DNA of 64,000 nt from Nitrospirota bacterium. Lineage in GTDB: Bacteria > Nitrospirota > UBA9217. Both the position numbers and the translations under genes were made by a program. The notes beneath the pieces are model-generated. The model saw nothing but the letters and a program-made list of their open reading frames with translations. It had not been told where the DNA came from and made no database searches. Below, piece after piece: positions 38,436 to 47,909 of the stretch (within the stretch, counting starts at the first letter, position 1; every line of letters starts with the position of its first letter). The stretch spans positions 1,280,001 through 1,344,000 of the forward strand of contig CAVVUN010000015.1 in NCBI GenBank assembly GCA_963751455.1, written 5' to 3'.

Positions 38436-40556
38436 TCACCGCATCAGGCTTCCCAGCACGGTCTGCAGATCCTCCAGGCTGAAGGGTTTCCGCAGAAATG
38501 CCCGGAACCCGTGCTCTGCGTAGTTCGAGACCAGGGCATTGTTGGAATATCCGCTCGACACGACCGCGACCACAGACGGATCGATTTCCTTGAGCAAGCG
38601 AATCGCTTCCTCCCCGCCCATGCCGCCCCTTACCGTCGCATCGAGAAGCACGACATCAAACCGCGAACCCTCAGACAGTGCCGTGCGATAGCAATGGACC
38701 GCGGCAGCGCCGTCTGAAGAGTACTCCACCTCCTGGCCGAGCGTATCCAACAGGGCGCCGACAGAATCACGTATCACCTCTTCATCGTCCATGATCAGGA
38801 TCCGTCCTTTCCTGATCGCGGCAGGCTGTGCTGATCGGACGGAGCTGTCCGCGAGCGGCCCGCCGGCAGGCAGCCAGACGGTGAACGAGCTTCCCTTGTT
38901 CACCCGCGAAGAGACCTCGATCATGCCGCCATGGTTCTTGACGATGGAGTAGGACGTTGCAAGCCCCAGTCCGCTCCCCGTCTTTTTTGTCGTGAAATAT
39001 GGTTCGAAGATGCGCTGCAGATCCTCTTCGGGAATCCCGCATCCCGTGTCCCGGACCACGATCTCGATCCATTGACCCGAGCCCGGAACGCGCGTGGTAT
39101 GCGCATCGCCGCGTTCGCGGTTCCTTGCCGTGACCGAAATTATGCCGCCCCCCGGCATCGCCTGATCGGCATTGATCGCGATATTATGGATCACTTGTGT
39201 CAGCTGTCCCTCATCCGCATCGGCGGGCCAGAGCTCGCTGCCGATGTCGAACCGGCAGGCCGAACGGGACCCGCTCAGGGCGAATCGCGTCGCGTTCTCG
39301 ATCACGGAACCGAGCACGATTGATTTTTTCACCGGTTTGCCGCCCTTCGAAAAGGTCAGGAGCTGGGTCGTCAGGTTCACCGACATTTGGAGCGCCTTGT
39401 CAGCCTTTTCGAGCATAAGAAGAACTTTGTCGCGCTGGTCCACTTTCCGTTTTGCTACCGTCAGGTAGCTGAACGCGGCCTGGAGCAGGTTGTTGAAATC
39501 GTGGGCGATGCCGCCCGCCAGTGCGCCGATCGCCTCGATCTTCTGTGTACGCAGCAGTTCCGCTTCGATCCGCTTTCGTTCCGTGATATCCCGGGCGACA
39601 GCGATTACGACACGATTGCGCCCGTACGTTGCGGGTACAAACCGCACCTCCTGGGGAAAGGTTGTTCCGTCGGAGCGGATGCCGTAGAACTCTATGAGTT
39701 GGGGTTCTCCCTCAAGGGCTTTTCTAATCGCCGCCGTTACGTCCGCAAAAACGCTCAAACCCGGCGCGGCGAGCATATCCGGAGTCTTACCCAGCATGGC
39801 GGCGCGGCCGCAGCCGTACATGGTCTCTGCGCCCTTGTTCACATCAAGCAGCTTGCCGTTTTCGTCGACTACGTAGATGGCGTCGTTGATGCTGTTGAAA
39901 AGATTCCGGTAACCGGCCTCTGATTCCCGCACCTCCCCCAGCAGCTTAACGTTCTCGAACCGGAGCGCGATGGACGAGATGATCGTTGCATGATTGTTGA
40001 GTGATAACCCGAGAAGGGCGACAAGATAAATGATGCTCAGAATGCCCATGACATTTTCGTGTTCGCTGCCCTCTATGAAGCACCGGATTGCGAAGGGCAG
40101 AAGAACGGGGGTCATCCAGGCCGCGGGCGCGAAGCGGAGGGATGAGTGTGACACGGTCGTTGCTGCGGATAAACCGGCGATCATGAGCAGGAACATGGAA
40201 ATGAGCCCGTGATCTCCGGCAGGGAAAATGAGCACCGATGCAAGGCCCCATAGGACGCCGGAAGCAAAGACCATCTGCAGATAGACATTCTTCCAGGCAG
40301 TGACATTAAACTGTTCGTTCCGCACCCTGGTAAAGCGGGCATAATAAACGATCCTGCCGGTGACGATGAACAGGATCATGAGGGTCCATGCGGCGATATT
40401 TTTTAACGGAACAACGGTGCGTACAGAGTAGGCAAGAAGGAGTGCAACGACAAAGGAGCCCAGCTGCATCAACGGGAGATGACGGAGGGCAAGACGGACC
40501 TGCTCCCTGCCTATCGCGGCTTGGATTTCTTTGCCTGATGATGGCTCATTCCGCAT
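38436..40556 (-). CDS. Membrane PAS hybrid histidine kinase
   Basis: About 5-6 TM helices; PAS; AGGIAHDFNN; receiver ILIMDDE. Confidence 0.92.
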   Translation of the reverse strand: MRNEPSSGKEIQAAIGREQVRLALRHLPLMQLGSFVVALLLAYSVRTVVPLKNIAAWTLMILFIVTGRIVYYARFTRVRNEQFNVTAWKNVYLQMVFASGVLWGLASVLIFPAGDHGLISMFLLMIAGLSAATTVSHSSLRFAPAAWMTPVLLPFAIRCFIEGSEHENVMGILSIIYLVALLGLSLNNHATIISSIALRFENVKLLGEVRESEAGYRNLFNSINDAIYVVDENGKLLDVNKGAETMYGCGRAAMLGKTPDMLAAPGLSVFADVTAAIRKALEGEPQLIEFYGIRSDGTTFPQEVRFVPATYGRNRVVIAVARDITERKRIEAELLRTQKIEAIGALAGGIAHDFNNLLQAAFSYLTVAKRKVDQRDKVLLMLEKADKALQMSVNLTTQLLTFSKGGKPVKKSIVLGSVIENATRFALSGSRSACRFDIGSELWPADADEGQLTQVIHNIAINADQAMPGGGIISVTARNRERGDAHTTRVPGSGQWIEIVVRDTGCGIPEEDLQRIFEPYFTTKKTGSGLGLATSYSIVKNHGGMIEVSSRVNKGSSFTVWLPAGGPLADSSVRSAQPAAIRKGRILIMDDEEVIRDSVGALLDTLGQEVEYSSDGAAAVHCYRTALSEGSRFDVVLLDATVRGGMGGEEAIRLLKEIDPSVVAVVSSGYSNNALVSNYAEHGFRAFLRKPFSLEDLQTVLGSLMR

Positions 40557-40889
40557 ATGCTGTTTTCGGGACCAGTGTCATGTGAATGATCCTTGTTGGT
40601 TCGATGAAGAAGGGATGCGACCTGAAACTTTGGGGCTGTTGTGGAGTCCCAAGTGTCAATAGAGATCACCCGGCTAACTTATTTGCCGTGCCGACGTTCT
40701 CTCGCCAGGATACAGATTTTGGAATTGGCAGATTGAATTTCTGCAACTTTAAGTCAAATCGAGTATATTTTACACTTTAAACCCTGTCAAGATAAAGTTG
40801 TATGGAATTTGAAAAATAGTCAAGGCGATTATATGGCTGATTTAATTGAAGATTAAGGGGGCAGGCGAGGGGATGGCCCGTCGGTCGGG

Positions 40890-41765
40890 CTACATGACTA
40901 ACAACTTCTTCATCTCCAGCGGGTATTTCAGCAGTTTGAGCGGATTTTGCAGAGAGCCTGCGAAGCAGCCGCAGTTGGAGCAATCAAGGCCGGTAAAGCA
41001 CCTTCTTTTTTCCCATGCTACATCATAATGGAGGGCCTCATCACCCCAGTGGCAGAAGCCTGTGTGATTGGGGAATTCGTACCAATTAATCATCGGCGCG
41101 GTTAAGAGAAAATAATCGGGATAGAGCTTCTTTACCCGTTTCAGTTCACTGATGATGGTTTTTCTATTTTCTGTTTTTATAAATAAAGCGTCTCTCTTTC
41201 CAACTGTGGGCGTATAGAGATTGCAAACAACGCCGCGTAGGCCCTCTTCCTTTGCGATCTTAACGATATTTTCAACTTCATTATAGTTTTCATTGGTGAC
41301 GGTTACGTTGAGGATGACTCTTGAATCCAGTGAATAATTGGATATTGCCCTTGAAAAAACACCATCGCCTCTGATGGAATCATTTCTCTCACGGCTGCCG
41401 TCCAGGGAAACAAACAGGAGATGATTAAACTCTGTAGGCACCTTTATGGTGCCGTTAGTTATTATGAATATAAATGGGAAAATTCCGTCTGCCAGCATAA
41501 GAATGTCACTCCTCAGGGCCGGCTCTCCGCCAACGAAAAGAACTATTCTCACCCCGGTCTTGTGAAGCTCTTCGAATCTTCTGCGCCAGACATTGAGAGG
41601 CAATTCCTTGTTATTCAACTCCTCCTTACCCTTGAAATGATAGCAGTGCGTGCATCGAAGATTGCAGTTATCGGTTATATCAATTTCCGCAAAATATCTT
41701 GTCTTGAAGATAAATCTTTTCAGCTCCAGGAAAACCAAATGCAGCAAGTTGATATATTTTTTCAT
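40890..41765 (-). CDS. Radical SAM protein
   Basis: CNLRCTHC; GGEP; C-terminal Cys cluster. Confidence 0.92.
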   Translation of the reverse strand: MKKYINLLHLVFLELKRFIFKTRYFAEIDITDNCNLRCTHCYHFKGKEELNNKELPLNVWRRRFEELHKTGVRIVLFVGGEPALRSDILMLADGIFPFIFIITNGTIKVPTEFNHLLFVSLDGSRERNDSIRGDGVFSRAISNYSLDSRVILNVTVTNENYNEVENIVKIAKEEGLRGVVCNLYTPTVGKRDALFIKTENRKTIISELKRVKKLYPDYFLLTAPMINWYEFPNHTGFCHWGDEALHYDVAWEKRRCFTGLDCSNCGCFAGSLQNPLKLLKYPLEMKKLLVM

Positions 41766-41939
41766 CCGACCGCCGTTTTACCGCTGGTCCATAAGAAAAG
41801 ATGTTGAACAAGCCTCATAAATAAGTCTCTGAACCAGTGTTAATATGTGCGTGAATGTATCATTGAGTTATTTGAAAGTCAATGGCGTATGAAGTACGAC
41901 TTCATATTACAGGAAATTTACCATCCGTTGCATGCGGGT

Positions 41940-42134
41940 TTACACACGGCAACATCCGGAAACTCTGAGAACATGGCCGAATCGCCATCCGCTCTTACCG
42001 GGTCCATCAGGGGGCGTCAATTCCTCTATGAGCTTGGCTACCTGCTTATGTTGAGGCATTACGTCATTGCCGGCCGCTTGTGAGGCAGAATTAAATGATA
42101 AAATCATCGATAGGAGCATCAATAATTGCTTCAT
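41940..42134 (-). pseudogene. Truncated secreted-protein cassette
   Basis: Signal peptide MKQLLMLLSMILSFNSASQA directly after an attC; appears to break near 42015. Confidence 0.45.
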
Positions 42135-42160
42135 CTATTATTATGGGTCCGTTTGAAATC

Positions 42161-42226
42161 TAATAACGCGCGGCTGAGGAGCCGGGCGGGCTTATCGCCC
42201 GGCCTCTTTCGAGCCGCTCGTTGGAA
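42161..42226 (-). repeat. attC-like site
   Basis: Minus strand TTCCAAC GAGCGGCTCGA..GCCGGGCG..CGCCCGGC..TCAGCCGCGC GTTATTA. Confidence 0.75.
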
Positions 42227-42287
42227 TCAATGTAAAAACCTGAAAAACCGGCTTGACTTACCAAAGTCCTTAGATTATAAATAAAGC

Positions 42288-42539
42288 ATGCAATTAACTC
42301 ATGAAGCAAAAACATCGCTTGAGCGAGAATATGCCCTTTGCTCAAGCGCCATCGCCTTCTATAAAAAGTCGCTCAAAGAGTTCGAGCGAAAATACAGACT
42401 TACGACTAGAATGTTTCTAAAGCGCTTTGAAGCCGGTGAAATCGGTGATGATAGCGATTACTTTGATTGGTATGCCTTTTCACGGCTTCTTGCTCAGTGG
42501 CAGAAAACTCAATCGGCTCTTCGTACAGCGATCCGATGA
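42288..42539 (+). CDS. Antitoxin (TumA-like), TA cassette in reverse orientation
   Basis: LKEFERKY...FLKRFEAGEIGDDSDYFDW; upstream TTGACT-17-TATAAA promoter-like sequence. Confidence 0.75.
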   Translation: MQLTHEAKTSLEREYALCSSAIAFYKKSLKEFERKYRLTTRMFLKRFEAGEIGDDSDYFDWYAFSRLLAQWQKTQSALRTAIR

Positions 42540-42922
42540 TTAAGCGATATCTCGACAACATCGAAAAAGTTATTGGATCACATCCCGCAGTTCTTTCCTC
42601 TACGCTTCAAAAACAAATCGGACCAGACAGCAAAACGATATACCTCAAAGGCGCAATTACCTTCGTTGACCTATCGGTTCTTGAATTATCTGTATTTGCC
42701 ATTTCACTCTCTAGCAGAGTTGTGCCGGAGAAATATCGATTTCAATACATGGACAAGAAGAGCCAAATTGTTTTCCGCTACGATAATGCCCCTCATCACA
42801 AGGAACTATCAACTTTCCCTCATCATAAGCATCTGACTGATAAAGTAATTCCTTCCGAAATGCCTACACTTGCCGATATTCTTGACGAGATCAGCACATT
42901 CATAATTGAGGAAATAAGCTAA
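42536..42922 (+). CDS. DUF6516/TumE-family toxin
   Basis: YRFQY...FRYDNAPHH...FPHHKH; ATGA overlap with the antitoxin. Confidence 0.8.
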   Translation: MIKRYLDNIEKVIGSHPAVLSSTLQKQIGPDSKTIYLKGAITFVDLSVLELSVFAISLSSRVVPEKYRFQYMDKKSQIVFRYDNAPHHKELSTFPHHKHLTDKVIPSEMPTLADILDEISTFIIEEIS

Positions 42923-42958
42923 TATTAGTGTGCTCTACACGATTGAGGAAATTATATC

Positions 42959-43413
42959 AGGGTCAGGTCCATACTCTTTACCTTTTGTAGTGTCCGCACA
43001 GAATTCTGCTCACGTATGTGGAGTGCACGCCGAGGTGATCAGCAATTGAACGCTGAGTGTATCCGTACTTCTCGACAGCCTCGGCAATTTTTCTGTCCCG
43101 CTTAGGTTTGTTGTCCAGTATACTCTGAGTGAATATTTTTTCAAGTGTTGGTCTGTTGGCGTAACGCTGGCTCTTTGGGATCTCGGGAATATCTTTATGC
43201 CTTCTGAGATGATCGGCCAGGCTGTCAACAAAATCATCTTCGCCGAGAAGGGCCTGGCCCTTAACCTCATTCCAGATGGTTTCCTTGCCGATCCCCCATT
43301 TCACAAATTGGCGATATTCTTTCTCTGCCTTGCCTCTTGTTCGGCTGAATTGTCCGAGTACCCAGTCTGTGGTAAGACAAGGGTGGGCCGGCTCTTTCCC
43401 CCCTGTGGCCCGG
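42959..43413 (-). pseudogene. 3' half of type 2 RAYT-like element, copy b
   Basis: Near-identical to the 3' half of 14531-15388; right end AGGGTCAGGTCCATAC. Confidence 0.9.
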
Positions 43414-44355
43414 GAACATTAGGGTCAAGTCTTTTTCGTTGCATTTTCGTATTCACGAAGCCAGCGGCTGATTGTAGAATAGTGGACAGCCACATGGCGG
43501 GCTAGTTCACTCTGATGATAACCGTATTTTTCCACGGCCTCGGACACCTTTTTCATCAGTTTGCGATGATTGTTCATGACTGAGTCGGGCAGCAAAACGG
43601 CAAGCGACGGTCGAGTCGAATATCGCTGACTCCGGGGAATTTCGGGAATGTCCTTGTGTTTTTTGAGATAATCTGTAAGTTTATCTACGAAATCGTCCTC
43701 ACCTAAGAGCGCTTGGCCTCGCACTTCCGTCCAGATCGTCTTCTTCCCGATCCCCCACTGAACGAACTGGCGATACTCTTTTTCCGCCTTATCTCGTTTT
43801 CTGCTGAATTGACCAAGCACCCAATCCGTTGCGAGGCAGGGATGAGATTCAGCCTTACCCGCCGTCGCAAGGTAACTGGACCACTTCCAGTCTTCCGGCG
43901 CTTCGACCATCCTTGCTCTTACCGGATTTAGAACCACATATCGGCAGACCTCAAGGAGATGACTGTCTTTCTGGATCAGGATAGCCTTATACCGGCCCTG
44001 GAATAAATGCCCGGACCTGCCGTGATACTTGTTGAAAAGTTGCGTATACACGCTGTTCAATTGGCGCATGCCTAGGGAAAGATTGCCCTCCGGGGTCTCG
44101 ATAAGAAGGTGGTAATGATTTGTCATGAGGCAATACGCATGACAGATCCAATTGTACCGCTTGTTGACGTGCTGGACCGTGTTCAGGAAGTTTTCGCGGT
44201 CCTGGTCGTTTTTGAATACGGGCTTCTTCTCATTGCCACGAGATGTTACGTGATAGACCGCACCGGCATATTCTATTCTTAGAGGTCGGGCCATGGGGCG
44301 ACTGTAGCAGAAATCAGAATAAACTGCAACGAAAAAGACTTGACCCTAAAGATTC
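43414..44355 (-). mobile_element. TIR-bounded type 1 RAYT-like element, copy b
   Basis: Ends GAACATTAGGGTCAAGTCTTTTTCGTTGCA / TGCAACGAAAAAGACTTGACCCTAAAGATTC. Confidence 0.9.
43425..44294 (-). CDS. Y1/HUH transposase type 1, copy b
   Basis: Five amino-acid differences from 11634-12503 by eye. Confidence 0.93.
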   Translation of the reverse strand: MARPLRIEYAGAVYHVTSRGNEKKPVFKNDQDRENFLNTVQHVNKRYNWICHAYCLMTNHYHLLIETPEGNLSLGMRQLNSVYTQLFNKYHGRSGHLFQGRYKAILIQKDSHLLEVCRYVVLNPVRARMVEAPEDWKWSSYLATAGKAESHPCLATDWVLGQFSRKRDKAEKEYRQFVQWGIGKKTIWTEVRGQALLGEDDFVDKLTDYLKKHKDIPEIPRSQRYSTRPSLAVLLPDSVMNNHRKLMKKVSEAVEKYGYHQSELARHVAVHYSTISRWLREYENATKKT

Positions 44356-44727
44356 CTCTTATACCGGCCCTGGAATAAATGCCCGGACCTTCCGTGATAC
44401 TTGTTGAAAAGTTGCGTATAGACGCTGTTCAATTGGCGCATACCGAGAGAAAGATTGCCTTCCGGGGTCTCGATAAGAAGATGGTAATGGTTTGTCATGA
44501 GGCAATACGCATGACAGATCCAATTGTACCGCTTGTTGACGTGCTGGACCGTGTTCAGGAAGTTTTCGCGGTCCTGGTCGTTTTTGAATACGGGCTTTTT
44601 CTCGTTGCCACGGGATGTTACGTGATAGACCGCACCGGCATATTCTATTCTTAGAGGTCGGGCCATGGGGCGACTGTAGCAGAAATCAGAATGAAATGCA
44701 ACGAAAAAGACTTGACCCTAAAGATTC
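44356..44727 (-). pseudogene. Truncated type 1 element, copy c
   Basis: Left end plus first 103 codons, cut at FQGRYK by the left end of copy b. Confidence 0.9.
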
Positions 44728-44729
44728 TC

Positions 44730-44860
44730 CTTCTATGCGTAATGGACGAGCCATAAAGGGGAGTTTAGCAGAAGTTTAAACAAAAGTCCAACAGTATGGA
44801 CCTGACCCTAAGTAGTTCTCGTTCTAAGTAGTTCCTAAGTAGTTCTGACCCTAAGTAGTT
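44730..44860 (-). mobile_element. 5' end of type 2 copy b plus stuttered end repeats
   Basis: Encodes MARPLRIE; carries the type 2 left end; CTAAGTAGTT x4, twice preceded by CTGACC. Confidence 0.88.
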
Positions 44861-45681
44861 CTACCATGAATATATTCGAAGTCAGTCTTTTTTAGGTCTT
44901 CTCTCTTCGCGTACTTATAGTAAAATTTCAATATAGAAGGTTCATCATACAGCATTGTGACTTGACCATTTGAATTCATCAGAAATGGTTTTAGCCAAAA
45001 TGGTCTGGACGGATTTTGCTTTTTTATGAATGTATTTAGTTGCGATTGAGGGCTATGTGGAAATAATTTACAAAAAGTCATCTGCATTATAAGACGCTGA
45101 TGCTCCTTGTCATATTTCTCGTATTTGTTTTTCTCCTCAATCGTGGTGAAAAAATCGGAAATCACTTTTCTATCTTTATTGGGGTAAATATATGTGGAGT
45201 ACTCTGACTCATTTTCGACGATAAAGGATATACAGATATTATTTTCTCTATCCTCCTTGGTGCCATAATTCCATGACGAAATAAGATCGAAAAAATTCCT
45301 CGCATATTCGAGAGACGCAAAAGCGCATCCGACGACATTTAGCATGTTTGCCTCTGATTCGGCAGGAGTTGCGAAAGCCATCCCTTTCCATTCAGATGGA
45401 TCATACGTAAAATTCGGCATAGGCTGAACATATATGGATGTGTATTCAAATACAGCCCTTTCAAGGAATTGTTGAAATAGGAATAATGCAACGGCAAGTG
45501 ATAACGATATGTACCATGTAGGAATTGAAATGATGCTTGTAGCAATGCCCACTGCTGTCAATATCCGTATCGACCATTTAATTGGTCTCTCATATTGTTC
45601 GTGAACAACTAATTTGGGTATCCCTTTACGGAATCTTATATCTACAAGGCTTCTGAGAGCTACTTTCCACTTTCCTTTCAT
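44851..45681 (-). CDS. Hypothetical membrane protein (AT-rich, cassette-like)
   Basis: Two N-terminal TM helices; AGGAG RBS; stop codon falls inside the element-end stutter. Confidence 0.75.
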   Translation of the reverse strand: MKGKWKVALRSLVDIRFRKGIPKLVVHEQYERPIKWSIRILTAVGIATSIISIPTWYISLSLAVALFLFQQFLERAVFEYTSIYVQPMPNFTYDPSEWKGMAFATPAESEANMLNVVGCAFASLEYARNFFDLISSWNYGTKEDRENNICISFIVENESEYSTYIYPNKDRKVISDFFTTIEEKNKYEKYDKEHQRLIMQMTFCKLFPHSPQSQLNTFIKKQNPSRPFWLKPFLMNSNGQVTMLYDEPSILKFYYKYAKREDLKKTDFEYIHGRTT

Positions 45682-45725
45682 TATTGGTCTCCTACTGATC
45701 TACATTTTCCACGTTGGTCGGAAAT

Positions 45726-46502
45726 TTATAGCCGACGAATAGCTGTTTCAATATAGTCGTCATTAAGGTAACCATTAATGATGCTAAACATCCCCAAAAC
45801 TTCAAAAACGTACTGGCCGATGTACTTCACTGGATCTCCCGAGTACATGTCGAGATTTTTCAAGAGATAAGGTCTTTGGCCAACACGTGTTAGGATAGCC
45901 AGCGCCTTGGTATCCTCAGTTTGAATCGTTCCCAATGCGTAATTTACCTGCTGTGCAAAAAGGTCGCTAACAACAAGAATGTCTTCGAGAAACTGTTCAT
46001 TAGACTGAAGTCCATTTAGAACATCGTACCATCGCTGCTTATTGTCTCCAGCAAAATATTCCCGAAATCGTTTGAAATTAACTAGTTCTTCCTCAAGTTT
46101 TGAGTCTGTTGAGTAGCCACCATTCATGCCCCTTAAGCACGCGCTAACAAGATCGCGCCTCCACTCATGATACTGCGCGCGAAGGTGTGCCCGTAGGGTT
46201 TCTTTCCTTCGGAACTCCTTATCTTCGTTGCTCTGACGGGCTACCGCATTGAGGAAAAGACCTATTGTCACAATACCAAAAACTGCTTCAAGAGCAGCGA
46301 GTATTCTGGCCGGCTCTGTTTGGGGTGCAATGTCGCCGTATCCTAATGTGGTGATTGTTACAACACTAAAATAAACGCTCTGTATGATCGTGAGAGGTTC
46401 TTTCCAAAAAGAAGGCTTAAGATAATAGATAACGCCAAACGCCGGTATCAACAGCAGATAGAAAAAACCTATGGCAACCGGGCTATGAAGTAATTTCTTC
46501 AA
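45726..46502 (-). CDS. Potassium channel pore-domain protein (cassette-like)
   Basis: YFSVVTITTLGYGDIAP selectivity filter. Confidence 0.88.
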   Translation of the reverse strand: MKKLLHSPVAIGFFYLLLIPAFGVIYYLKPSFWKEPLTIIQSVYFSVVTITTLGYGDIAPQTEPARILAALEAVFGIVTIGLFLNAVARQSNEDKEFRRKETLRAHLRAQYHEWRRDLVSACLRGMNGGYSTDSKLEEELVNFKRFREYFAGDNKQRWYDVLNGLQSNEQFLEDILVVSDLFAQQVNYALGTIQTEDTKALAILTRVGQRPYLLKNLDMYSGDPVKYIGQYVFEVLGMFSIINGYLNDDYIETAIRRL

Positions 46503-46515
46503 GATGACTCCAATT

Positions 46516-46575
46516 GAATAACACGAGGGTGAGGGGCGCGTTTGTCAGCGACCCGCTCGACCCTTATCGTTAGAA
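46516..46575 (-). repeat. attC-like site
   Basis: Minus strand TTCTAAC GATAAGGGTCGAGCGGG...CCCCTCACCCTCGT GTTATTC. Confidence 0.7.
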
Positions 46576-46593
46576 TCACTGTTTTCTATCGAG

Positions 46594-47031
46594 TTATTTA
46601 CTGAACGCATTCCAGAGACTAGCTATTGCCGCTATAGAACTGAGCAGCAAAGTGGCCCAGGGCAATATTACTGAATGTCTATCTTTCAACTCTGCCCTTA
46701 CGCACTTTCTGATTTCATTAAAACCTTTTTCCGTTAGAACATCTTGATCATTGTAAATGCTCTTTTTCCAAGCGTCCTTATCTGTGACTGGTGGGATAGG
46801 TATAGACTCGATATCAGCCTTCAAAAGAATATGTTTAGTTTTTAACTTTTCGATATCATCAAGAGTGTCAAAATAATCAGGTGAGAACTCCTGACGCAGG
46901 TTGTCCAATGCCTCAGCTTTGAGGCCTTTCTTCCTTCCTTTTTTAACCGCTTTTTCAGCTTTATAGTCAATCCAAAAGAGTTTCCATCTCAGCTTCTTCA
47001 TTTTAATGCGGAACAATAGATCATTGATCAT
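46594..47031 (-). CDS. Hypothetical protein with C-terminal TM helix (cassette-like)
   Basis: AT-rich ORF with AGGAG RBS. Confidence 0.7.
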   Translation of the reverse strand: MINDLLFRIKMKKLRWKLFWIDYKAEKAVKKGRKKGLKAEALDNLRQEFSPDYFDTLDDIEKLKTKHILLKADIESIPIPPVTDKDAWKKSIYNDQDVLTEKGFNEIRKCVRAELKDRHSVILPWATLLLSSIAAIASLWNAFSK

Positions 47032-47119
47032 AATATGCTCCTAAGAATTATGAACAACAAAGCAATAAAACCGTGATAATTGCAGGTGGACTATCCGAGT
47101 CAATGCTGAGTGTCCAGCA

Positions 47120-47503
47120 TTATTTTTTATAATCAATGCTAATCGTATAATCAAAGTGAACCCAGCAAGGATGACCACGGACTTTGTTTTGGCAGATTAT
47201 CTGGCCAGAGAATGAAGACGTGTTGTTCAGGATGAGTTCGTTGATTCTATTCCCAAGGTCAAAAGAACCCAAACAATCGACATGCGGACAGTCGTATTCG
47301 AATATTGCCGTGCTATCAACGTCGTACTTGTGCGGACCGCCACGCTTTTCTTTCCAACCACCAGTTTCATTCAAGGAAGTCACATATGAAACACTAATAG
47401 TCGCGACATTCGGATATATTTCCTTTATGGTTTTAGAATAAGTCATCATGAGATGCTTTCTTTCAGCACGTGATTGCTCGGGCGTCATCTTCTTTTTTCT
47501 CAT
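47120..47503 (-). CDS. Hypothetical Cys-containing protein (first cassette)
   Basis: CPHVDC...C...C; starts shortly after GTTAACC. Confidence 0.7.
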   Translation of the reverse strand: MRKKKMTPEQSRAERKHLMMTYSKTIKEIYPNVATISVSYVTSLNETGGWKEKRGGPHKYDVDSTAIFEYDCPHVDCLGSFDLGNRINELILNNTSSFSGQIICQNKVRGHPCWVHFDYTISIDYKK

Positions 47504-47520
47504 TTATAGTTTTTCCTGAA

Positions 47521-47608
47521 GGTTAACAAGTTATTGACTATAAGCAAATGGTTTATGTTAGCATAAACAAGTTTATGATAGCATAAACCGGTTAATGGTA
47601 TCATAAAC
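47521..47608 (-). promoter_or_regulatory. Phased palindrome array ending in GTTAACC (attI-like)
   Basis: GTTTATG-N4-CATAAAC-type units at 47551, 47571 and 47591; GGTTAAC at 47521. Confidence 0.65.
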
Positions 47609-47619
47609 TTGTTTGGGTT

Positions 47620-47830
47620 TTATGATATAATAAATTTTTCCAATTCTGTATTCCTGATTTTTCCAAATTCGATATACAGGCGCGAGTCTTAGGATTCCAC
47701 CTCCCCTGTACAGCCTTGGCCTTTCCCTCAAGTCCTTGTCGCTATACCCTATTCGGACCGGCACCGGACGCTGAGCGGCCGGAACCCACGGAGTTCTTTC
47801 GATGATCCGTTCCACCGTCTTGAGCTGAGT
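47620..47830 (-). pseudogene. Second degraded copy of the DUF5710-like gene
   Basis: LKTVERIIERTPW...PVPVRIGYSDKDLRE, with frameshifts; homologous to 15431-15717. Confidence 0.7.
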
Positions 47831-47909
47831 CCGGCTTGGATATCAAACAGCCACTCAGCATTAATGCAAACGATGTTATTTTTTCCACATCTTTTACTCC
47901 CCGAGCATC

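Noticed and set aside
38298-38717. 139-aa ORF with Walker A
   Set aside because: Only about 25 codons are UvrA-like; the rest is antisense to the kinase
45682-45725. attC between cassette-like ORFs (also 47032-47119)
   Set aside because: At most a GACCAAC half-site; no complete hairpin or GTT core found
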